Shown here piece after piece: positions 9,765-18,150 of a DNA stretch of 64,000 nt. The stretch comes from Fulvivirga sp. (GTDB taxonomy: Bacteria > Bacteroidota > Bacteroidia > Cytophagales > Cyclobacteriaceae), in contig JBDVKW010000015.1 of assembly GCA_039970995.1 (NCBI GenBank), positions 158,772 through 222,771 of the forward strand, read 5' to 3'. Positions within the stretch are counted from its first letter, which is position 1. Each line of letters starts with the position of its first letter. The notes beneath the pieces are model-generated. The model did no database searches. It worked only from the letters and a program-made list of their open reading frames with translations, and was not told the DNA's origin. The position numbers and the translations under genes were made by a program.

Positions 9765-11137
9765 CTTATGTCGAGTGAGTTTATAGTTTCTACGAATTTA
9801 TCTGTAATGCGTTCCTGATCGATATGTCTGTTGTTTTTAACAACCCACGCTCCATTTATTATTGTTCCGAGCGTGGCAGCTGCATCACTCGAGTAGATAA
9901 TGGTAGAAAGCAGTGATTTGTTGGAAGAAGTAGCTAGCAGTGGCTGGTGCGCATCGTATACAACGGCATCAAAAGGTTGGCCAACTTCGAAGTAATTGGT
10001 GTTGTCATTACCCATCGCTTTACGGCCCGATAACAAAGCCTTTTTAAAACCATAAGCTCCGCTGTCGGATTCCTGTTCATCGATAAAGGTGTTCCTGGAA
10101 TGCGTAGTCAACCGTTGGCCATAATCTAACAGACGAAGCTCTTCTAAAGGATTTAAGCTTACATGTGAGTCAGTACCGATAGACCAGTTGCCGCCCAGGT
10201 TTTGATATGTTTTAAGTGGGAAAATACCATCACCTAAATTGCCCTCGGTAGTCGGACATAGCACGACATGTGCCTTGGACTGCGCTAAATCTTGAATCTC
10301 CTGAAAAGACAGGTGCGTAGCATGTACCAAATGAAAATTTTCGGTTACAGTAGTATTTTCCAGTAGCCACTCAACGGGCCGTTTTTTTAGAAATTCCTGT
10401 GCATCGAGTACTTCCTTTTTCTGCTCTGAGATATGAATGTGAAAAGGCATCTCTTTGGCAGCCAATTGAACTGACTGCTTTACAACATCCGGCTCAACGG
10501 CACGGAGTGAGTGAATACCCCACCCTATAGATGCGCCTTTATAATTTTCACAAGCTTTTTTGGAAGCCTCAAGTAGCTTGAAATAATTATCAATACCTGG
10601 GCTTATAAACCTACGCTGATGCTCTTGAGGTGGTTGACCAAAACCGCCTTTTTGGTAAAACATAGGAACCAAAGTGATATTAATACCAGCCTTTTTTGCG
10701 GCTGCAATTAGTCGCTCCCCATGTTCTGCTAAGTTAGAATAAGGCTTTCCATCTTTATCGTGGTGGAGGTAGTGAAACTCAGCCACATGCGTATACCCAT
10801 GCCGGGCCATCTCAGCATAAAGCATAGTTGCCACATTTTCCAAGTCATCGGGCGACAAGGTCAGGGCTATTTTGTACATGGTATCGCGCCAAGACCAAAA
10901 ATCGTCATTAGTAGCGGTGTTTTCGTGGCGTTCTGCCACGCCTGCCATGGCGTATTGAAAGGCATGAGAATGTGCATTCTGAAAGCCCGGAAGACAAAAA
11001 CCATTGACAATTTCGGCTGACTCTTCTGTTGCGTCTTTAACTAAACGTTGAATGATGCCATTGTCATCCACTTCGACCAGTACATTGTCTAACCAGCCAT
11101 CATTTTGCAATAACTTCTTAAAGCGATATTTCTTCAT
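9761..11137 (-). CDS. hutF: Formimidoylglutamate deiminase
   Basis: 458 aa amidohydrolase-superfamily protein with LPGFQNAHSHAFQYAMAG, matching the HutF N-terminal signature (PG..N.HSHAFQ.AMAG). Confidence 0.85.
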   Translation of the reverse strand: MKKYRFKKLLQNDGWLDNVLVEVDDNGIIQRLVKDATEESAEIVNGFCLPGFQNAHSHAFQYAMAGVAERHENTATNDDFWSWRDTMYKIALTLSPDDLENVATMLYAEMARHGYTHVAEFHYLHHDKDGKPYSNLAEHGERLIAAAKKAGINITLVPMFYQKGGFGQPPQEHQRRFISPGIDNYFKLLEASKKACENYKGASIGWGIHSLRAVEPDVVKQSVQLAAKEMPFHIHISEQKKEVLDAQEFLKKRPVEWLLENTTVTENFHLVHATHLSFQEIQDLAQSKAHVVLCPTTEGNLGDGIFPLKTYQNLGGNWSIGTDSHVSLNPLEELRLLDYGQRLTTHSRNTFIDEQESDSGAYGFKKALLSGRKAMGNDNTNYFEVGQPFDAVVYDAHQPLLATSSNKSLLSTIIYSSDAAATLGTIINGAWVVKNNRHIDQERITDKFVETINSLDIR

Positions 11138-11937
11138 TTACTTGAGAGCTTTTCAATCAGTCCTTCAAAGTTATTGATTAATATGGACCTAATGATTGCC
11201 GCACGTTCTTCATTGTACTGTAACTCATCATCATTCATATAGTTGATCTTGGTCATCTCTAATTGAAGTGCGTGCTGATTGTCACTGGGCTTGCCAAAGT
11301 ACCGTGTGATATGACCACCTTTAAACGGGTTGTTATGATTGAGCTTTAACCTACTCTCACCTAACTTATCAAGGCTGGTCTTTATCAGGCCTTCGCTAGC
11401 AGACGTCTCTTCATTATCTCCCAAAATCAAATCGGGAAAAACTTCTTTTCGGATAGTTGGCACATACTGTCTGATACTATGGGCATCCCACAACAACACC
11501 TGCCCAAACTCTTTTTTAAGGTCGTTGAGTATGGATTGAAGTTTAAAATAATAAGGCCAGTAATATTGATCTAACCTACGATCGATTTCTTTACGGTTAG
11601 GGAGTTGGTTCTCCTTGTAAATAGGCTCCTCCATAAAGCTCATGGTGGGGCATAGATCTGTGATTACACGCCCATCATCATACAAAGGATTGCTTTCCGG
11701 GTCACGGTTGAGGTCGATGACCCAGCGGCTATAATGCGCAGCAATCATGGTAATGCCTAGCGATGGAGCGAAATCATAAAGCTTATCAATAAACCAATCA
11801 GTGTCATCAGGAGCGGCAATGGCTTCCGGGTTATAGTGCTCCTTGATTTCGTCTGGAAAAGCCGTACCACTGTGAGGGCTGCTTATTAAAATAGGGACAC
11901 GTTTCGTTGTTGGTGCTATTATCCTAAAAGGATCCAT
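11134..11937 (-). CDS. hutG: N-formylglutamate amidohydrolase
   Basis: 267 aa, FGase family look (VPILISSPHSGTAFP, DLNRDP, LWDAHS). Stop overlaps the hutF start (ATGA, 11134-11137). Confidence 0.8.
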   Translation of the reverse strand: MDPFRIIAPTTKRVPILISSPHSGTAFPDEIKEHYNPEAIAAPDDTDWFIDKLYDFAPSLGITMIAAHYSRWVIDLNRDPESNPLYDDGRVITDLCPTMSFMEEPIYKENQLPNRKEIDRRLDQYYWPYYFKLQSILNDLKKEFGQVLLWDAHSIRQYVPTIRKEVFPDLILGDNEETSASEGLIKTSLDKLGESRLKLNHNNPFKGGHITRYFGKPSDNQHALQLEMTKINYMNDDELQYNEERAAIIRSILINNFEGLIEKLSSK

Positions 11938-12012
11938 AAAATGTTATTACTTTTTATTACTGGCTAATTTACTAGTATTGTTCTATGTGAGCATCAATCT
12001 TGTCAATTGCTG

Positions 12013-12100
12013 CCCGTAGTTTGTAATTCGCTATCCGTAGTTTGCAACTACGGGTTCATTGTACTCTACTGGTTCTTCGTAGTTTCAAACTACAAAGAAG
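12013..12100. promoter_or_regulatory. Array of three phased CGTAGTTT motifs / palindromes upstream of hutG (candidate operator or RNA hairpins)
   Basis: CGTAGTTT at 12015, 12036 and 12078 (spacings 21 and 42 bp). Perfect palindrome CCGTAGTT-TGC-AACTACGG (12035-12053). GTAGTTT-C-AAACTAC (12079-12093) is flanked by CTTC/GAAG. Confidence 0.35.
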
Positions 12101-12192
12101 CGAGACAAGGCAAAGAGCGAGCAAACATTAAATTTACTCTTTACTATCTGACAATTGTTTTTCAGCTCTTTGTCTCTGTTCTTCAGCTAAGG

Positions 12193-12399
12193 TCATAGTT
12201 CATGAGCTCTTTTAGCATTTTGTTCTGCCATTTTTCTTTGTTCCTCGGCAGCTTCACGTGCCTCAAGAGCTATTTCTTGTTGTCTTTGGGCTTCTTTTAA
12301 ATTGCGCTGCGCGGCCAAATTTTGGGTAGTAGCATAGATAAAGAGCACTACATTAAGCAGCAATGAGACCACAAGAACTATGTTTTTAATCTTTTTCAT
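12193..12399 (-). CDS. Small membrane-anchored coiled-coil protein
   Basis: 68 aa: one N-terminal TM helix (IVLVVSLLLNVVLFIYA), then a charged A/E/Q/R-rich helix. Lies 15 nt downstream of the ATP-grasp gene, same strand. Confidence 0.5.
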   Translation of the reverse strand: MKKIKNIVLVVSLLLNVVLFIYATTQNLAAQRNLKEAQRQQEIALEAREAAEEQRKMAEQNAKRAHEL

Positions 12400-12414
12400 G
12401 GCGAATACTTTTTA

Positions 12415-13314
12415 CTATAATTTACTCAAATATTTTTTAATGCCTTTGGCCAAATCCTTAGCAGCCTCTGGTCGGTGTCTAAACCAAAGTTCGGGTTCAA
12501 TGACTTCGAGTTCGGCAACGGCCAAATCACCATTATTATCTTTGACCACATCAACGCGTGCGTATAACGGTCGAATTTTGCATTTATGCACCACATCTTC
12601 AGCAAAAGCAACTTCATTTTTTAATGCGTTATGTAGACTAACAGTACCACCAAAATCATCCTGCACCCTGAAGTCACCGGGCTTGGCTTGTTTCAAAATA
12701 GAGTGGCTATGCTTACCGTTGAAAACCATGTGTGAGACCTCTCCTGCTGTGAGCACACTGTCGATAAAAGGTTGTAAGAGCATGGATTCATTTACAATCA
12801 GCTCACTAAATATCGACTCATGAGCTGCTACCTGATCGGGTTTGATTTTGTATGTATGGCGAGCTGTACCAGAGATGGCAGGTTTAAGAATGACATGCGA
12901 CCAGTTGCTTTTTTCGACAATATCTATAAGGTTACTATCATCGCCTTTTTCTATAAATATGGTCGGCACGATGTTCACTCCCCAACGCTGAAGGTCACCC
13001 AAATAATGTTTATCAATATTCCACCCGACCAACTCCATCGGGTTGATGGTGTGAGTTAATTGACTTATGCGTTTAAGCCACGGTTCAAACTCGTCATATC
13101 GCTCGAAGTAATCCCAAATGGTGCGAAAGAGCACGGCTTTGGTTTGGGACCAGTCAAAGTTTTTGTCATCCCAGCTTACTCTTGCCGTAGCAAGACCTTC
13201 AGCTTCTAAGGCCTCTTGTACTAGCCGATCCTCAGTAAGCACATTGTCAATATAGTAGTCTATTGCTGGCGGATCGATGTAAGCGGATGTGGTGAGTATG
13301 GTTACATCAATCAT
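12415..13314 (-). CDS. ATP-grasp domain protein (RimK / glutathione-synthetase-like ligase), substrate unknown
   Basis: 299 aa; VILKPAISGTARHTY and LLQPFI..V...GE.S.V, followed by ARVDVV.D..G.L.V.ELEVIEP, fit the ATP-grasp fold. 3-nt gap to the upstream GH3 gene. Confidence 0.65.
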   Translation of the reverse strand: MIDVTILTTSAYIDPPAIDYYIDNVLTEDRLVQEALEAEGLATARVSWDDKNFDWSQTKAVLFRTIWDYFERYDEFEPWLKRISQLTHTINPMELVGWNIDKHYLGDLQRWGVNIVPTIFIEKGDDSNLIDIVEKSNWSHVILKPAISGTARHTYKIKPDQVAAHESIFSELIVNESMLLQPFIDSVLTAGEVSHMVFNGKHSHSILKQAKPGDFRVQDDFGGTVSLHNALKNEVAFAEDVVHKCKIRPLYARVDVVKDNNGDLAVAELEVIEPELWFRHRPEAAKDLAKGIKKYLSKL

Positions 13315-13317
13315 AAA

Positions 13318-14406
13318 TCAGAAGCGAGATTTAAGTTTAAGTATACGCTGGTATGAGGCATCAATTCGATCTTCAGTAAGCTTACCATCAGTTATCAATT
13401 TTTTGATGATGCTGTGTACATGGTCAACCGTACGCTCCTCACTGTTTTGGATGTTATTTGAGAAAATCAACACATCTACCCCGGCATCGATGGCCAGGAG
13501 GATAGCATTTTCAAGCCCGAAATTTTTTTCAATAGCATGCATCTGCATATCGTCTGAGAAGATTACTCCCTGGTGACCTAATGTGTCTCTTAATATGCCA
13601 GTCATGATTTTTCGCGAAAGCGTACCAGGAAGCCCCGCAGGCTCCAATTGCTTGTTTACAATATGTGCCGTCATAACGGCATCAACCTTACCTTTATCAA
13701 AAAGCAATTTATATGGTTCTAACTCAACGCGTTGCCAATAGTCGGTAACATCCGCGATGCCGAGGTGCGTATCTTCTAATGAACTCCCGTGTCCGGGAAA
13801 ATGCTTTAATACGGTGATAATGTCAAATGCCCGGTGCGCATCTACCACTTCAGCCGCATGAGCGGCTACTTTTTCAGGATCGTCTCCATAGGAACGACCA
13901 TACTTGGCAATCACCGGGTTGTTTTTGTTAATCGTTAGATCAACAACAGGTGAGAAATTGACATTAAAACCTAAACCGGCTAGTGTTGAGGCTGTGATTT
14001 CTGCATAAAAACGCGTGGTGTCCAGGGAGTTCACTTCTCCGAGATACTCGGCTGTTACAGATTTAGGAAAGCTATATTTTTCTTTGAGTCGATTTACAGT
14101 GCCCCCTTCCTGATCGATCGCTACAAAAAGTGGCATCGGTGCTGATTGCTGCAGTGTAAAAGTGGCCTGTTTTAAGTTGATAAAGCTGTTTGACACAGTG
14201 ATGTTCTTTTCAAAAAAGATGACACCTCCGACTTTACCTTCCTTTACATTAGTGAGTAGCTGGTCATCTACCTGCTGGCCGTTCATGCCTACCAACAACA
14301 TTTGACCAATTTTATAGTCGAGACTATCTCCGCTTTGCGCAAACAAGTTAGCCGTGTAAAAAAGGCACAGCGTTAAAGGGAGTGTTAATTTTTTAATAGT
14401 TCTCAT
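13318..14406 (-). CDS. Glycoside hydrolase family 3 beta-N-acetylhexosaminidase (NagZ-like), secreted
   Basis: KHFPGHG motif, IDQEGG, VIFSDDMQM. ATG at 14406 gives the signal peptide MRTIKKLTLPLTLCLFYTANLFAQ; the track start 14457 would run 65 nt into the upstream gene. Confidence 0.85.
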   Translation of the reverse strand: MRTIKKLTLPLTLCLFYTANLFAQSGDSLDYKIGQMLLVGMNGQQVDDQLLTNVKEGKVGGVIFFEKNITVSNSFINLKQATFTLQQSAPMPLFVAIDQEGGTVNRLKEKYSFPKSVTAEYLGEVNSLDTTRFYAEITASTLAGLGFNVNFSPVVDLTINKNNPVIAKYGRSYGDDPEKVAAHAAEVVDAHRAFDIITVLKHFPGHGSSLEDTHLGIADVTDYWQRVELEPYKLLFDKGKVDAVMTAHIVNKQLEPAGLPGTLSRKIMTGILRDTLGHQGVIFSDDMQMHAIEKNFGLENAILLAIDAGVDVLIFSNNIQNSEERTVDHVHSIIKKLITDGKLTEDRIDASYQRILKLKSRF

Positions 14407-15676
14407 GTATTTGCCACAGTATTTTTTCCATTTCTTTTTTAACTGGCCGTGATTCATCGGGGTAGTTGTTATTCATAAAGCTGAACAACAACACTTTTCC
14501 AGACGCTGTAATTAAAAACCCGCTCAGGTTGTGATTATTGCTCAAAGTGCCCGTTTTAGCATAAATATAAGGAGGCTCAGCATGGTAATAATTTTTAATT
14601 GTTCCAGACTCACCACCAGCTGCGATTAGCGGGAATATACGTTCTCTTCCATAGGTGGAATACAATTGTTTCCACAACCAAACCAATGACCTTGGTGTGA
14701 ATAAGTTGTACCTGGAAAGCCCTGATCCATCCACCCAGACCATCTTATCCGGGCTATTATTAAACAATGAATCCAACGCCCAATCTATTGTAATTTCCGC
14801 ATTAAGAGAGTCTGAAAGTATGCCACTGCATACGAGCAGAAGCTGCTCGGCTACAAAATTGTCACTATCCTGCATCATAACTTTGAGCACAGAATCGGTT
14901 GGTATACTGTAAAATGTAGTGTAGATGTTTGGTAATTGTTTGTCAATGGCTGCGACAGGACTCTTTAAAGTATCTGCCAATAAGTTAGCCACAATAACAG
15001 GGTCTGGCTTGAAAGGCACTTCACGTTTGAATGCTTCATTTTTAAATGCAGGCTCATAGACCATTTCATTTGAGCCAATGTGTCTTGTAATCTGACTTTT
15101 CTGAATGCTGTCACCTAGTGTGAAATACTTCTGAAAATATGGAATGTCTAATGTGAGTGTAGCAGAATCTCGCTGTTTGCGTATCGTCAGATAATTACCA
15201 TAAATTGGTAAAGAGGACTTTTCGGTGGAGTAGCTGTACAAGTAATCGTCCCACGACCAGCCGGGCCCAAAGTGTTGGTCATGGAAATTACCAGTTGAGA
15301 AGTAAATAGATTTTTTAGTTGAGCTAAGGAAGTTGAAAATACTACTATCTTGCAGTGGTTCGTATAAAAAAGAGGGGTCTCCTGTACCCCAAACTATAAG
15401 CGAGTCCCCAGACTCCTGGTAATAAAGGCCAGGTATCCGATCTTCCAACAGTCTTAAACTGGTATAAAAAGTGAGAATTTTGGTGTTTGAAGCTGGAGTG
15501 AAATACCGGTCTCCATTCTTATTGATGAGATACTCATCATTTTGAAGGTCATACAATACAAAGCCTACATGATCTTGAAAAGTGTTTTCCAGCTCATTGA
15601 GACTTTTTGTAATATGCTTATTTACACCACAGGTAGTGAGTGTGATGAGAAAAATCAATACCCAAAAATTTTTCAT
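14393..15676 (-). CDS. dacB: D-alanyl-D-alanine carboxypeptidase/endopeptidase (PBP4, peptidase S13)
   Basis: SxxK in TPASNTKILT and KTG in IYAKTGTLSN; 427 aa with signal peptide. Confidence 0.85.
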   Translation of the reverse strand: MKNFWVLIFLITLTTCGVNKHITKSLNELENTFQDHVGFVLYDLQNDEYLINKNGDRYFTPASNTKILTFYTSLRLLEDRIPGLYYQESGDSLIVWGTGDPSFLYEPLQDSSIFNFLSSTKKSIYFSTGNFHDQHFGPGWSWDDYLYSYSTEKSSLPIYGNYLTIRKQRDSATLTLDIPYFQKYFTLGDSIQKSQITRHIGSNEMVYEPAFKNEAFKREVPFKPDPVIVANLLADTLKSPVAAIDKQLPNIYTTFYSIPTDSVLKVMMQDSDNFVAEQLLLVCSGILSDSLNAEITIDWALDSLFNNSPDKMVWVDGSGLSRYNLFTPRSLVWLWKQLYSTYGRERIFPLIAAGGESGTIKNYYHAEPPYIYAKTGTLSNNHNLSGFLITASGKVLLFSFMNNNYPDESRPVKKEMEKILWQIHENY

Positions 15677-15700
15677 TCGGGCAAATTACAAATTCAAATA

Positions 15701-16213
15701 CTAATTGGAAAGATACCGCTCAAGTAAGATTTTTTTGTGGTGTAATTCGTGACCAACTATTGCAAACCCTAGAGCAGCCACCGACATTTCTCCTCCACTC
15801 GCTATGCCAGATCGTGTAAGCATTTCTTCACTGAAGGAGCCAAAAAGGTCTACTGTAGAGGCCCTGAGGTTAGTGAACTCTTCACATATTTTATACAACT
15901 TTCGATTACCAGCATTTGATGCCGGAGCATAATCATTCTCCTCGAAACCAGGCAGCTCAGTTTTGTCATTTCTAGAGAATCGCAACGCACGATAGGCAAA
16001 TACGCGTTCGGCATCAATGATATGAGCTAGTACTTCCTTTATAGTCCATTTTCCGTCTGCATAGGCGTAGTCGCCACTTTGCTCAGGTATTGACCTAAAA
16101 AACTCAAGTGAATCATTGCCATTAACAATGAGTGCTTGAATAAGATTGTCTTCCTCTACCTGATCGACATAGCGTTGGTAAAATTGAGGTAAAATGAGCG
16201 TTGGTTTTGGCAT
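15701..16213 (-). CDS. DinB family protein
   Basis: DinB_2-type four-helix pattern (WTIKEVLAHIIDAERVFAYRALRF ... GHELHHKKIL). ATG at 16213 preferred; the GTG-started track extension to 16261 runs into the repeat terminus. Confidence 0.8.
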   Translation of the reverse strand: MPKPTLILPQFYQRYVDQVEEDNLIQALIVNGNDSLEFFRSIPEQSGDYAYADGKWTIKEVLAHIIDAERVFAYRALRFSRNDKTELPGFEENDYAPASNAGNRKLYKICEEFTNLRASTVDLFGSFSEEMLTRSGIASGGEMSVAALGFAIVGHELHHKKILLERYLSN

Positions 16214-16343
16214 AATGTGAAATATAAAAGAGGCTGTCTCAAAGTCTAGACCATGCGTCACTCAGAGCGAAGCGTAGAGTCTTAGTGTCATTTATTACAT
16301 TTTTTCTAAGGGATTCCTGCCCATCCGGCAGGCCTCACTACGT

Positions 16344-16469
16344 TACCGATGACGTGTTTGAAAGTTTATTAAAACCCTCCCTCTGACTCCCTCCAAAGGG
16401 AGAAAGAACCGGCTTCAATCACGTCATCTGGATTTGTACGTTTGAAAAAAGTTACTTCTCTGAATGACG
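16344..16469. repeat. Structured 126-bp intergenic repeat, copy 1
   Basis: Reverse-complement match to 32093-32218 over the full length, about 8 mismatches by manual alignment. Stem GATGACGTG (16348-16356) / CACGTCATC (16420-16428) encloses the hairpin CTCCCT-CCAA-AGGGAG (16387-16402). Confidence 0.85.
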
Positions 16470-16503
16470 GGTAACTTTGAGGCAGCCTCTTATTCTTATT
16501 TTA

Positions 16504-17115
16504 TTAAGAGGCTTTCCATTTGATGGTGCAACCTATTGCCTTTGTTTTAGTCACCTCAGGCTTTTTTCCTTTAAGCAAAGCATCAACTGCATCCTCTACA
16601 TATTTTTTATCTGCATCAGCAGCACTTCTTGTGTTGTTGTCAATAGCTCCGATATAATTCACGACATATTTGCCATCATCTTTATTTAGTACATACACAT
16701 GTGGTGTATTGGTTGCTCCAAACCTACGTGTTACTTCTTGAGTTTCATCATATAAATAGGCGTGCTCATAGCCATTTTCATCAGCATAAGCCACCATCTT
16801 TTCGAATGAATCTCCTGGAGATCTGACAGGATCATTAGGTTGAATAGCGACTACCGGAAATCCCTGATCGGAATATTTAGCATGCAGGCCTTTAATTCGC
16901 TCAAGGTAAGCTTGAGAATATGGGCAGGTATTGCAATCAAATATTAAAATAAAGCCTTTGGCATCATCATAGTCATCTAATGAGACCATTTCACCACTCA
17001 CGGCTTTTAGCTCGAAGTCTTTAACAGCATCACCCACCATATAGCCGGGCTCAGTTGGTGCACCTGCAGAAAACAATAGCAGACACATACCTAATAATAG
17101 TTTAGATTTTAACAT
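16504..17115 (-). CDS. Thioredoxin-fold (redoxin/AhpC-TSA-like) protein, secreted
   Basis: CxxC in ILIFDCNTCPYSQAY; signal peptide; 203 aa. Confidence 0.75.
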   Translation of the reverse strand: MLKSKLLLGMCLLLFSAGAPTEPGYMVGDAVKDFELKAVSGEMVSLDDYDDAKGFILIFDCNTCPYSQAYLERIKGLHAKYSDQGFPVVAIQPNDPVRSPGDSFEKMVAYADENGYEHAYLYDETQEVTRRFGATNTPHVYVLNKDDGKYVVNYIGAIDNNTRSAADADKKYVEDAVDALLKGKKPEVTKTKAIGCTIKWKAS

Positions 17116-17126
17116 GGTTATAAATT

Positions 17127-17615
17127 TTATGATTTAATAAATTCTTTTAAAATGTTATTGAGCTCTTCTTCCTTCAGTTCTCCTTCGATAAACTTACGAT
17201 CACCTGTTTTACTATCTACAATCAAAGTTGCCGGAATAGCTCCTGACCAACTTTTGTCTACTTTGTCAATCCATGAGTTATAGTCTATGTTATCTAGTAA
17301 CAACACGTCAGAAGAAATATTCTTGCGTTCAATAAAGCTATTCACTTTATCTAGTTTTTCAACAAAGTCAATATTGATTAGGGTAACTTTTAGTCTTCTT
17401 CCTTTAAAATTTTCAGGCAGCGCTTCAAAGTAGGGTATCTCTTTGATACATGGAGCACACCAGGTAGCCCAGAAATTTATCACCTGAATATTTTCTCCAC
17501 TTTCGTTGATCAAATTTTCAAGCCGATCAAATTTTATGACCTCAGCGTTATTTTGAGCCGAAGCCGTAGTGATGATGACTAGACAAAACAAACTAATTAG
17601 GCTAAATATTCTCAT
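17127..17615 (-). CDS. TlpA/ResA-like thiol:disulfide interchange protein
   Basis: INFWATWCAPCIKEIP (WCxPC active site); signal peptide; 162 aa. Confidence 0.85.
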   Translation of the reverse strand: MRIFSLISLFCLVIITTASAQNNAEVIKFDRLENLINESGENIQVINFWATWCAPCIKEIPYFEALPENFKGRRLKVTLINIDFVEKLDKVNSFIERKNISSDVLLLDNIDYNSWIDKVDKSWSGAIPATLIVDSKTGDRKFIEGELKEEELNNILKEFIKS

Positions 17616-17933
17616 GATATACCTTACGTTTTAAATTATAAATTGTTTCTGAAGGAAGTTTGAAATTGCACTATTTCAATATTAGTACATCGCGTTATGA
17701 GATATCATTTTTAAAAACTATTTGTAAATAAATTAAGCCATAAAACTCTCATAACATTAACTTAACATAGTTCACAACCTAAAACACGGATTTTTATATT
17801 CACTCAAGTTAACCTTCAACTCATTTTAACGATATATATGTACATGTAAGATTACACCTTAAAGCATTAAAATTAGGGGCTATTACTAGCAAAAATTTAT
17901 ACAAAATAAAGAAGCAAAAAATTATACTAAAAG

Positions 17934-18040
17934 TTTTCCACATTTTACTAAAGTTTTCCACACCCTACATTGACTTGCGCTTAACTTGTTATAAAACAGG
18001 TAGTTATGTATCTTTTGCTGAATGTTCACTTTGTGGACAA
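17934..18040. promoter_or_regulatory. DnaA-box-like 9-mers in a 535-bp AT-rich non-coding gap
   Basis: TTTTCCACA at 17934-17942 and 17954-17962, inside a direct repeat AAAGTTTTCCACA exactly 20 bp apart. Inverted TTGTCCACA at 18032-18040. All fit or nearly fit TTWTNCACA. Confidence 0.3.
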
Positions 18041-18150
18041 CTACACCGTGCTTAAAATGACGAACGGAAAATATTCAAATTAACTATATCCGCAAGTAAA
18101 ATTTTAATTTTTTGATAAAAGGCCTTAAAATGTAAGATTCTGTCAGTTCT

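Noticed and set aside
12007-12198. 63-aa plus-strand ORF in the hutG upstream gap
   Set aside because: It starts with TTG and its sequence is dictated by the repeated CGTAGTTT palindromes (VVCNSLSVVCNYGF). The region is better explained as a regulatory or structured non-coding element.
17616-18150. Possible tRNA, tmRNA, RNase P, SRP or 6S RNA gene in the long non-coding gap (the 45751-46049 gap was also checked)
   Set aside because: I could not find a cloverleaf-compatible arm set, a GGGGCUGA-type tmRNA start, or the conserved RNase P or SRP motifs. The sequence is too AT-rich and unstructured by eye. An unknown sRNA cannot be excluded without a covariance-model scan.
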